Part shown: one piece after another, positions 46,743 to 57,930 of the stretch | How the letters are laid out: each line of letters opens with the position of its first letter | Position numbering within the stretch: the stretch's first letter is position 1 | Origin: Elsinoe ampelina | Lineage: Eukaryota | NCBI GenBank assembly: GCA_010093995.1 | Contig: ML992502.1 | Span: 1,233,001 to 1,297,000 of the forward strand | Direction of reading: 5' to 3' | DNA: 64,000 nucleotides | Program-made: the position numbers and the translations under genes | The notes under the pieces: generated by a model | The model's database searches: none | The model's input: only the letters and a program-made list of their open reading frames with translations | What the model was told of the DNA's origin: nothing

Positions 46743-48369
46743 TTTGTGATGGTAGGTAAAATCTCGTACGAAGAATGTAATGCTTGTGGCCGTGGCCGTA
46801 AGACAATGGCTCCAATGGTAAGCAGGACGGGTCGTGCCAGGCGGGTTGCGGTGCCGTGAAATCAGGCAAGCGTGTCCGAGTAGGAGTGTGTATAAATGTA
46901 GGTGATGTTTGTTCGTTCGAAGATGGGGTCTTGCAATATTGTCTTGTGGAAGAGGGATCAAGAAGAAGAGGACGAGACAAGGGGAGTTGACTCACTGATA
47001 TATGGCCATCGCAAACAGCCGATGGCTTGATGCAACCTACTGCACCCCACGACGCCCACTGAGGTAGGTGTGGGTCTTGATCGCAGACGGCCGAGCTGGA
47101 GCTGGTTCAACAAGGCGATTGTAGGTTGAGTAGCTTGCCGGTATCGCGTGTTACATTAGACGCGTGACCCAGGAGCTCAGGGTCGTGTTGGAGACAAGTT
47201 CCCTGGGGCAAAAAAGTGTCGCGAGATGCACCATGACGAGGGCATCGGCTAGGCGAGGGATTGTCCAATCGAAATGCCTCAGATTCCACACCAACTGACG
47301 GGAGAAGCTTACCCGCAGTTTCTAGCGTGGAAGCCTAATGGCCCCCTCTGGCCGCATCTGCTCACATGCACCGCGTCCGTCATGGTCGTTGTGGTCGGAG
47401 TCTCTCCCCGTCCAGTAGCAGATGGTACCATAGCTGTGGAACTTGACGACGTATCCTGGCATGTCTACGATGGCCCAAGTCCCGACCATCCTTCGCTCGC
47501 TGTTGTAGGATTCAAGGGTCATTGCCTGATTGTTTCTGGCAATGCCTAAACAGCGCCGTCAATCAGTACCCGGGATGGGAAAAGGGTCGATTCGATCAGC
47601 GACCCAAGGTTCTGTCACCGTCACCTCCATGTTCGAAGTGTTTCTGGTCGGGAGATTGTGAAAGTCGGACGTCGCCATGAACTGCCATTAGGGTCAAAGG
47701 AAGATGCTTTTTGTCACGGCGTTATCAGAGCTGACAAAACGAGCTTGGGAGTACCAGTAATCGTTCGGCGGACATGCAGGGTGGACAGATATCCGGCCAC
47801 CCCTTCGCTAGCCTTGATGGCATCTGCCATGCTGCGAAACCAAAATATCGTGGTTGACAGGTGTTTGAGGCGGCGGCCAGCCTCGGCTTTGTCGTCGAGT
47901 GGGCCTCTCATGCATCTCGCGATCCACAACAGCCCTGCGTTGATTTGGGGTATGCAGCACGACAAATGGTATCAATTGAAGTGTGCGATGTCGAATCCTG
48001 CCCCCAAAACCAATCGTTTTATTTGCCGCCACTCATTGGTCTTGACAGGCAACGCAAGGCTGAGAGACAGGCAACATGTCGGTGCGACCCTTGCTGATGG
48101 AAGAGGATCCCACAAGCCGCGGCTAGCCATCATGTGGTCAACTTCCGTCCATCCATGACCGACGGGCGCCACTGATGCGCCCAAGATACAAGCACACAGA
48201 TACAATCTCGGGTCGTGCATGTGCGGTGGAACCAACTGCCGCCGCCGGTTCTCATTTACTGTCCGAAGCATGTGACTTCGCTCGGGTATGTGGCTCTAAA
48301 GTACAATTCTATACAACTGCCGCAAGCTGAGCTAGATGCCTCAGGCATGCATTTGCGTCATCGTCTAAA

Positions 48370-49494
48370 TTAGTCTATGTTCTTCCCGTAGAATGGTATG
48401 CCACAAGCGTTGAGGAGCATGCGTGCGTCCCGGTCGTTCCGGGCAGTCGTATGCAGTGTGATATGACAGCCGGGTATCATTCTAGTCGGGTATCTAGTAG
48501 CGTGTCAGTGAATGTCTGATGTACCATGCAACTTTGTCCTTACGAGTCGTAATTGACTTCAATCTCAGGGAACAGAGCGACCTGTTCGGGCGAGAATCCA
48601 AATGTGATGTTGCCGCTGCTATCACCGGAGCTGCCCTTCACACCTCTCCAATCCTTGATCTTGGGCATGACCACATCTACGCATTTGGCAACAAAGTCGT
48701 ACATTTGCTCGCCTTTCAGATCTGCCGTGAGGGAGACATACGCGCCTGCCTTCAAGCCCCACTGGTTGACCGAGTGTCTCGCCTTGTGTGATTCTGCCTT
48801 TACACCCGTGATTGCCTGTAGCGCCATGCCCGCCACGTGCAGATATGAGCTGTTCTCCATAGCCTGGCTGACCATGCAGTGTAACGTCACCCGTTCCAGT
48901 CTCGGTATGTTTCTGAAGGTCATTGGCTTCTTCAACAACCGCAACACACTGTCTCCTCGAGGACCTCGCAGTGGTCTGTTCTTAAAGTATGGCGATTCTC
49001 CTTCCCATCTTCGTAATCTCGCCGACTTTTGAGGCGCGTCGTATCCTGGAGGGTGATGTGTGTAGGAAAGGGTCATGAGATCTGAGGCGATGGTAGAATG
49101 GTATGTCTCTTCTAATCGAGGCTGCGAGAATGGGCCAGGAATGAATTCTCTAGATGCCGGGTCGGATGGTGGAGGTGGCTGATGGGGATGCAGTGGACCA
49201 CGGTAGTACTTGGGAGGTCGGAATTGATATCTGAATTCATTAGGGCCACCACAAGGTTGCGATATTTGACAGTCCATACCTGCTTGGGGGTAATTGCTCT
49301 CTCCGTCTTTTTGCCCTCGTCACAGGATCGAAGCCGTCGGCGGAAATGTCACCAGTGCTCGAAGCTATGGAGGAAGCTTGTTCAAGCTCCTGCTGGATTT
49401 CGGTCGAAACACTTCTCCCAATGATCTGTTGATGTGGTAGACGTGCATGCGGTCTCAGCTGCCGCCATAGCGGTCGTATCGTCCGTTCTGCCAT
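48370..49494 (-). CDS. MRPL7: Mitochondrial large-subunit ribosomal protein uL5m; introns 49231-49279, 48494-48543
   Basis: RYQFRPPKYYRGPLHP, SPYFKNRPLRGPRG, LQAITG, VMPKIKDWRG, GNITFGF, FPEIEVNYD|SYP, GIPFYGK. Confidence 0.92.
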
Positions 49495-49738
49495 CAAAAG
49501 TAGACTAAATGCTGTCTCAGAGACTGTCCTGAAAAGAGTCGCGGATTTTCCGCGTGGAAGCTTTGATATAATAGGGTTAGGGTACGATTCAGACATGCAT
49601 AGCTTCGCCGTGAGGTTGTACCGCCGCATCCGACGCCATAAGAACACTGAACGGAAGAAGTGAAGATGCGTGGAGTACCTCGTATGAGCTCTGATAATTA
49701 AAATTACGACATTATGTTCTCTTAGACTCGCAGATCGC

Positions 49739-50716
49739 TCAAAGCACCACTTGCACGGTTCGCGCAATACATGGCGTGCCGGCTTTGTTCATAGCAAAAA
49801 GGTAGTAGTATCCCGGCAGAACGATGCTCGCATCTCCCGGCAGAATTATCACATGCCTGGCCTTGATGTTCTTCACATTCGCCAGGGGCACCCTCCGTTG
49901 ATCTGTGTTGTTAGAATGCGCGGCACTCCCCAAACGAAGGAGCGAAAAGGTTGTGTCTCCATCGTTGTTCATATCTACAGTCAGCTTCCCGCCAACCTTG
50001 ACCTCGAAGCCCTTCGAATCGATGTTGCTGCTCAAACTGGAGATGGTTGGATGAGGGGCGATGGCGCGATCGTCGTTGAAAAGATATGGTGGAGAATAGA
50101 TCTCGCCATCAAAGTGCGTTCCTGCCATGTTGCAGAAGTCCGTGTTTTCGCCCTGACCGACAGGGCGCATGCCATCGCCAGCAGCACAGACTCGACCGTC
50201 AGCGATGAGGAGACTGACTGAATATTGATTGCGAGGGATTTTGGCGGGAGACAGAGCAGTGATTTGTTTCGTGACCGGATCCCAGATCTCAGGGAGTATC
50301 TGATTGCATGTCTGTCAGGGTGATGGCTGTGAGTTGACCGCCAGTGATGAGCACCGAGTCTGACAAGACGACAACACGTCGTCTTCCTTGAATCGCGATA
50401 CCAGGCGGATGTGAGTCAAAGTGATTAATATCGACCACAGGGAATTTGCCAGACCCTTGAGACAACATATGTGAACTGTCTTGTCGAAGGATTCCTGGGT
50501 GCAAGCGCCGTTCTTGTATTGCGCACAGAGCTGAGAGCATGTCGAGTAAGATCGAATGGCTTTGAGAATGCTGACGCTGGGAGCGTTGAAGTCAGCGTCC
50601 TCGCGAATGGCCCAAAGGCTGCCATCTTCAGCAGTGTAGCTTCGCTCTTCTATCTTGCACGATTGTGCCTGATATGCGAGGGCAAAGAGGATGAATAGGA
50701 ATGGTGGAGGAGACAT
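49739..50716 (-). pseudogene. Decayed PAN/apple-domain copper radical oxidase (galactose oxidase / AA5_2 family)
   Basis: Signal peptide plus PAN-like CSQLCAQ..C..F..CCLK; kelch remnants VLITGGQ and PEIWDP lie in different frames; C-terminal Ig domain HSNNTDQRRVPL..LPGYYYLFAM. Only ~1 kb in total. Confidence 0.8.
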
Positions 50717-51829
50717 CTTAAGGATCAAAGTATGCAAGCCGGCTTGAGTGGGGGTACCTACGGTGATTATCTGTTTCCGCCGTCATGGCCTCGAAGACAG
50801 TGGGAGCGCCAAACACAAACTTCAAGCTGCTTGGTGAGATGGGGTACGAGTGACAGTGATCCTACAAGAAGGCAAATACTCGTATCCTCAAGAAGCTTAG
50901 CATGGCGTTGAGACCCATGGCATCACGTTTCCGGCGGGAGATTTGGGTTTCTTGGAGGCTTGTTGGATGGAGTGGGAATGAGAGCGACGACGTTGCGGTA
51001 CCACCATACACATCGCGTTGCCTGTGTGGTAGGAACCACGAATGGAAGTGTGCGGGCCATCCAGAAGAAGCGAGACATTGGGCCCTATGAAGGTTGATGG
51101 AGGAGAGTATGAATGAATGAGGCTGGGCCGAGATCTGAACTTTGAGACTCCAAACGGCGCGGAGTTGAGCTCCTCAAAAGTCTAGCTTGTTCAGGACTAG
51201 TCTCCAAAGTGTGATGTCTGCGGCTGGAGACAACAGATTGATCGTCAAGCCTAAAAGGCACCAAGAAGCAATTCTTTCTTTCGACCAGTGTAACAGGCTG
51301 CACCTTGTCGCCTGTCAAGCACGAAGCTCTGCGTTTACGCCATGTGTTCATCGTGACACATCCGTGGACACAGGTTAATGGTCAGGCTATAGCTTGGACA
51401 GTTGGACAGGCCACATGTGCTTGAACCCGCCAGGGTCATTAGCGAGAAGCGAGACCCTTTAGTTTTCCCCGCGCTCGCCCAATTTCCTCGCATCACAACA
51501 CCGCAGAAAGACATGGTCCGATAAATCTGCTGCCTTCGACCCGCTGACCAAGACCAAGGCGTCTGTATTCTTTGTACCTACCTCCTCCGTCCACCTCCGC
51601 GACATCACACATAAGGATTCGAGAACCCTCACGCCCTTGCTTAGCATACACGAAGCAAACTCGGCGCCACCCCCAGAGTCTCGACCGACCTTTGTCCAGA
51701 TCCAAGACAACCCTCGCATTAGCCTGCAGACACCTGGACGCATCTTGTAGAAAGTCGCTGGAGCATCCGCTTCAGCACCTGAGCACTTTTGTACATACAT
51801 GGAATCGCAATTCTTGAGTCGGTAGAACG

Positions 51830-54503
51830 ATGAGCGGAGTCCACAGACTCCTCACCAGAAAGGACAAGAAGAGCAGCAAGGTTAGCATGCTTCGGACACT
51901 ACGATTAAATGATTGCTGACCTACGGCAGGCCGCGCCAGTTGCTGTGGAATATGGCGAGCTCGGAAGCATCTTCGTTCAGGAAATCCATCCGACCAAGAA
52001 AAAGCCTGACAAGGAAGAGGAGAAAAAGGTTGGTTCAAACAAGAATGTTCTGGAGTCGTGGACTGATACATCACGTACAGGTCAAGTTGATCCAGAGCAA
52101 GTTGCAGCAGTATGGCATCACGAAGATCACGATCCCGAATATCGAGTACGCTCTCCGACAACCCTCTGTCGCGGGCAGCACCGATGAAGCATTTCGACTA
52201 TGCTTGTTGCTGGAGGACACCTACGAAGGCCTGTTGAAAGCTTACAACCCCTCGACAAAATTGCTCGGAGCTGTCAATCGGGAGGGCGTCACATGCTATC
52301 TGGATGCATTGTTATTTGCCATGTTCGCTCGTCTGGATGGTTTCGAGGCCATGTTGTACAATTCGTTAGAGGATGCATCGCGGAAAAAATTGGCAGGCTT
52401 ACTTCGATTATGGGTCAATATGCTGCGCACAGGGCGCTTAATAACAACGGACGTGGTGAGCATTACTGAACAAACAGCCCAAGGGTACAATGCTGACTTT
52501 CAGCAGACACAGCACGTCCAAGCTGCATTGGCTGAATGCGGATGGACCGCAGCAAACCAATTGGAACAACAGGACACTTCAGAAGCTTTCACTTTTATTA
52601 CAGAACAACTGCAGCTACCTCTCCTCACGCTGAAGATGGACCTCTATCACACCGGTAAAGAGGACCCTAATGATGACCACAAATTTGTCAATGAGCGATT
52701 GTTGGAGGTGGCCATTCTCGAAGAGCCGTTGGATGGCAAGCCGACTGTGACGCTTGAAGATTGCCTCGAGCACTACTTCAATAACAGGGTGGAAGTGAAG
52801 AGGCACTTGGAGCGACAGCGGCGCGCAAGCGTAAAGCAATATGACGGCTTGGAACGACAATCGACAAACGACACGCTTGAGCGACAGGATACACAAGATG
52901 AGAAGCTCCCAGACTTGCACATTGAGACGATAGAAGTGGCAGATTATGCAGATTCGCCAGCAACGCCATCCACGCCTGCTTTGGAGACCCCTCGGAAAGG
53001 TCCGATCGAGCAGCTTCGACCAAGCGTAGGCCGGAGTCGAGCGGATAGCATTTTCAGTCAGAGAAGGGTTACAGTGGCGGCAGAGACCGAGAAGCCAGCA
53101 GACGATGCGGGCTCAGTGAACAGCGCGCACACTCGGAGGACGAGGCAATCCACCAGGACAGAAGTGCTAATGCCTGCTTGGCAATTCTTCAAGCTTCTTC
53201 GTATGTTATTCTCATGTCGTGCCAATCTGGATACTGACATTATTTAGCCTGGTACACGGACAACGTCCCGACATCTGATGCGCAAGTCGCTGCACATTTT
53301 GCTACGAAACGACCAATACTCGGTATATGCTTGAAGCGATATATGGTCAACAATTCTGGAGAGTGCTCGCGCCTGGACACCTTTGTCGACATTCCGTTGG
53401 AAATTGCCGTGCCTGACTTTGTATCAGATGATAGCATGGAAGAGGGAAGCCCGCTCGTCGGCAATTTTAAACTTGTTTTGCAATCAGTGGTCTGCCATCG
53501 TGGCAAGTCACTCCATTCTGGCCACTACATATCGCTAGTCCGCGGTAATGCATCTAATGCTATCAACGGATCGGCTTCTCCCTCGGACCGACCATCCTCA
53601 TCCTCCAGCGGACCCGAGGAAGAAGACTCCTGGATGTTGTTCGACGATCTAGCCCGCGAACGTATCCGTTACGTCAACATCGCAAAGGCGCTCAAGGATG
53701 AGTGTCCTTACCTGCTGTTCTACCAAGTTCAACCCATCGACGAAGACGAGCCGCTCATGTCCGGCCCTCCCTCCTATGACGAAGCCATCTCCCGCACCAA
53801 CTCCGAACCGATGGATCTCATGGACGGAAAGATCGCGCTCCCAGAATACTCCGACTCTGAAGTCGTCCTCGTGGAGAAGCAACCCCCCGCCGCGCCCAAC
53901 GGCTCATCCTTCGACCCAGACAGCCGCGAATACCTCTCCACCACCGAACCCCCCAGCCGCACCTCCATGGACACCGAGCACCGCTCGCGACTCTCCATGT
54001 CCTCCGAACGCCGCCGCAGCATGGCCCTCGAAGGCGACCGCGCCAGCACAGTCTTCACCCTCTCCGGTCCGCCTACACCCAGCGAAGAAGGCCGTCTTGG
54101 CTTCCTCAATCTGCCCAGCCGTCGCGGAAGCCGCCAAAGCAATGGCAGAAAGAGCAAGTCCCGTCCCACCAGCGTCGGGGGCGAGGGCACGAATCGTTTC
54201 AGCCTAAACATGTCTCGTCTCACGACGAGGATGAGTAAGCCTGACTTGCCACCTGTGACGGGGACGCCGACGGTGCAGGTTGGTGATCAGATTGAAGCGC
54301 AAGGGGAGAAGCCGGGGAGTGTGGAAGGAGTGGAGGGGTCGGAAGTCGCGCTGGATGGTCTGGCGGCGAGTACGGAGCTGCCTACTGCTGTCCCTGTGAC
54401 GGGGAGGAAGAAGGGAAAGGAAAAGGTCGAAGAAGGGGATAAGGAGAAGAAGAAGAAGAAGAAGAAGAGCGAGGTGCCCGATAGGGATTGTAAGGTTATG
54501 TAA
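51830..54503 (+). CDS. Ubiquitin C-terminal hydrolase (peptidase C19, CYLD-like fungal group); introns ~51881-51929, 52029-52080, 52456-52503/52506, ~53201-53248
   Basis: Cys box NREGVTCYLDALLFAMF, QQDTSEAF, His box VVCHRGKSLHSGHYISLVR, WMLFDD, PYLLFYQ; C-terminal CaaX-like CKVM after a poly-Lys tract. Confidence 0.88.
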
Positions 54504-55033
54504 AGGATTGATACCCCTGGATTGCGGCGAGAGAATTGGCAGTGTGAAGCCGAGAATGGATCAGCTTGGATGGAATGCTATGAGATCTATCCAATATGCT
54601 ACCTGGTTGCTGTGGATGTGGTTATGCTCACATCGCACCCAACGTGTGTGCCATATGTCTCGATAATTTGGCCTTGCCTATGGTTTGTTAGACAACGAGG
54701 ATTCCAAGCCCAAGATCCTATCAGAAAGTAATAATGACACGAGAGAGCCAATAGCATATAACGGTCGAATATGACCACCGGACTGGCATGTGAAAGTCGG
54801 CTGGGCTGGTAGCACATGTGGCGAAGATTGCCGTGGACGCAAGCTAGCACACGTATCTCGCGAGGAGCCACGCACAGGGAATGCTCTTGCTACGATTATA
54901 CTATAGGAGAAACAACTGTTGCCTGCCTAGTCTTGACAGCAGTCGCAAATCTATCGAGAAGCCTCATGATCAAGCTCAAGAGACTGGATATGGTCGCTGA
55001 AGGTCGTTGACCGCCAGCTCGTAAGACGTCATC

Positions 55034-56071
55034 TCAGTCGCTATCGTCGCCATCACTGTCATCACTATCATCACTATCATCACTGTGGTCGCTGTCGTCG
55101 CTGTCCGCGACGAGCACCTCATGCAACTCCTCATCCCAGGACGAATTCCCTTCCTCGTCCGAGCTATTGTCAGGCGTAGTCAACGGCGACCCTGCAGCAC
55201 CTCCCTCGCCTTCTTGTAGATGACCCCTGCTGACATCATCTCTCGCGACGTTGGTCTCGACTTCACTCTCCGGCTTCTCCTCGTCGAACGGGTGGAAACG
55301 TCTCTGGTCCATGCGGATGACGTGCATAGCGATGGTCCCGTCCGAATACACGATATCGGTGATGCGACAACCGCAAGGCACGTCGCGGATTCTTTGCATG
55401 CCATTATTCATATGGAGAGTCGAGTCTGACTTGTTCGGCGCTGGTACATCAAGCTCTTGGGCTTTCGCGCAAAGTTTTCGGTTGTATTCCTCGACTGTGT
55501 CCAGGAGGTGGCGTAGGCGAATTCCCCGCTTGTGGTACACGTGTTTCTTAGCATAATGCCTTTCGAAAGATCCTGCCTTGCTGCCTGGGTGTGCGAAGTG
55601 GGTATGCAATCCGATTGGAGGGGGCTGGGCAATGAAAGCATCCAGGAAGGAACGGTTCGAGTTGGGAGGATCTTGTGAGGCCTCTTTAATGAGACCTGTA
55701 AGGTCGAGAAAACGTGCTTTATCGTTGAAGTCCCTGAAAGGGGGCCTGACGATCCAGTATCGATCTTCACAGATGCCATTTGCTTTACCGACGATGTAGC
55801 GTGCGTTTGGACATGTTCCGGACGCGTCATGATGGCCGCTTGGCTTGTGTTGGCGCAGCATTGAGGGTGGGATGGTCCAGATATCTTCCGCCTTGCATGA
55901 ACTAGACCATGCTGTCACTTGCACGGCCTTGGAAGATCGATAAGTGGATTCCCAAAGCTTGCAGACTTTGATTGCACAGACGAGAGCTGGAAGGGGTATG
56001 TGCAGGAAAAGATACCTGACTAGGTCCGGATTGTTGAAAAACTTCGCGCATGCTGATCTGGTGTCTTCCAT
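55034..56071 (-). CDS. F-box-like protein with an acidic (DDS)n tail
   Basis: FNNPDLVRYLFLHIPLPALVCAIKVCKLW fits the F-box pattern; SFLDAFIAQPP; tail encoded by 9-nt GAYAGYGAY repeats at ~55036-55105. Confidence 0.65.
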   Translation of the reverse strand: MEDTRSACAKFFNNPDLVRYLFLHIPLPALVCAIKVCKLWESTYRSSKAVQVTAWSSSCKAEDIWTIPPSMLRQHKPSGHHDASGTCPNARYIVGKANGICEDRYWIVRPPFRDFNDKARFLDLTGLIKEASQDPPNSNRSFLDAFIAQPPPIGLHTHFAHPGSKAGSFERHYAKKHVYHKRGIRLRHLLDTVEEYNRKLCAKAQELDVPAPNKSDSTLHMNNGMQRIRDVPCGCRITDIVYSDGTIAMHVIRMDQRRFHPFDEEKPESEVETNVARDDVSRGHLQEGEGGAAGSPLTTPDNSSDEEGNSSWDEELHEVLVADSDDSDHSDDSDDSDDSDGDDSD

Positions 56072-56500
56072 GTTGTCAATTGTGTCAATCAGAGGTCGAG
56101 TCTGAAGGAGATGTTGGAATCGCTGACCTCACGCAATGGATATCGTTGAATGCGGTCTTTCTTGTCAGAGTGTGGCAATGGCGTGCGAGTCGCAGTAGAG
56201 AAGTAGTGTACATCATGAGAGAAAGGAGCTGCCAGGAGATATAGCACGCGCCGCAAAGTTTTCGTACGACCTTCTTGTGGTAACGCAGTAGTGTCCAAGC
56301 TCATCTGGCGATTGGATATAGATTTCGCGACTCTCGAAGGTGACCGTGTAATCGAGCGGAGGCAAGATGTGACGAAACGAGTACAGATGTGGGTCGTGGC
56401 AACCAAGGATGCAGTTCGCGAATTGGGTCAGGGATGCGCAAAGTTCTACCAAGCCCCCCGTCATTGATGGTAGATACCCTAGCTCCCACCCTTGACAGCA

Positions 56501-56998
56501 TTAGCAAAATCGTTCCAGTATACTCTTGATCAAATCTGCATTGGCCTTCGCCCCGAGGTGCGCAATCTTCTTCGCCTCTGCCTGTGTGATACTGACCGGA
56601 TCAGTCGGGATCGGGTCCGCTGTGGTAGTACCTGCAAAGCCAAGGGATGCGCACTGGTTGACGATGCCCACCGTGATAGTACCAACCACCTACGGCTTGT
56701 TGCTCATGATCGCAGCAATTCCTGTCTCTAAGCTAGCCACAGCAAACACCTTGGTAAGGTTGCGATTCCGAGCATCTGTTACCACGCACCCGATAGGATA
56801 GAAAGCGCTGACCGGTCCGGGTGTGTCCGTCAAGAAGCAGGTGCTGGGCGTGTTGCTGATGCCATCGGGGTCGCCATAGCCGAGCACAGTCTCGTATGTG
56901 CCACCCAGGACAGTGTCGACGGCGCGGTGGCCCACCAGGCAAGGAAGGTGAAATGTACCCATGCCAGACAAAAGGCAGACAACCGTATAATTGAACAA
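56501..56998 (-). pseudogene. Possible decayed gene: two in-frame ORFs separated by a single TAG at 56690-56692
   Basis: ORFs 56690-56998 and 56501-56689 abut in the same frame and have protein-like composition; family not recognised. Confidence 0.35.
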
Positions 56999-57930
56999 CA
57001 GGAAGCAATGTGATTGTATGCAGATTGATGGTCAGAACCCATCGGCAAGACAGTCAGTGCAGCTGGGAGGTCTTCATGTATCCTCAACAAGCTCGTCAAA
57101 CCTACCGGTGCTGTCTTTGGGACCTGCGTAGCCATGCCAAAACTACACATCCACCTCGACATTGAAGATCGCTGTAGAGCCACATGCCCAAGCTAAAACA
57201 CTACCATAGCGCGGACGCTGTCAGCCAGGACATGAGACCCTGACAGCAGAGTCGCAGTGCACAACGTTTGTGTGGGAACATCCGCGTGAGCGCATTGTCG
57301 AGTGATGCTACTGTGAAGACCAAATCTAGATGATGTTGCAGCTAATTAATTGGATAGAATCACCTTCGATAAGAAAGAAGGCAGGATTGGGTCGTGAGGT
57401 GGGATCGACGGCGACGAAGAAGAAGGATTACATAATCGCACGGTCACGTGCATTAGTAACATTCATGCTGTTTCGCCGTGGGACGAACGCTACGCTGCCT
57501 GCGAGAAGCTAAAGAGCTGTTGTTCCAGGCAAAGACGTCGACGACGTGTACGGTTTTCGGACAGTATATCCAGAAATGCAGTACCTGTTTCCCTTCTAGC
57601 ACAAGTGAGGAGATATAGGCTGACGTGCATGGTGGATACCTACTCCAGCTTCAAGCTCACGAACGGTACAGGGACAGGATCAAGCTTGTCCTTCCTCCGA
57701 TCGAGTGCCAAACTCACATGATCAATCCAAGCAGAGCAAAAGTGGACAATAATGACGGCAATACATTCCTCCCTTCCCCACTCTCGATTGATAAAATCGA
57801 TGCATCCTACCATACACATGAAGAGCGATAGTCCCCCAAAACGCCAGCGCTATACAAGGTTTCCTTTCTAATCATAACACATGAGACATCCCTCCTCCCT
57901 CTTGTCCCCGCCCCCTCCAAGCCGAAGCAT

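Noticed and set aside
47100..48300. Protein-like minus-strand fragments (MEVTVTEPWVADRIDPFP*RRCLGIARNN...)
   Set aside because: May be a degraded gene, but no family could be assigned and several stops intervene.
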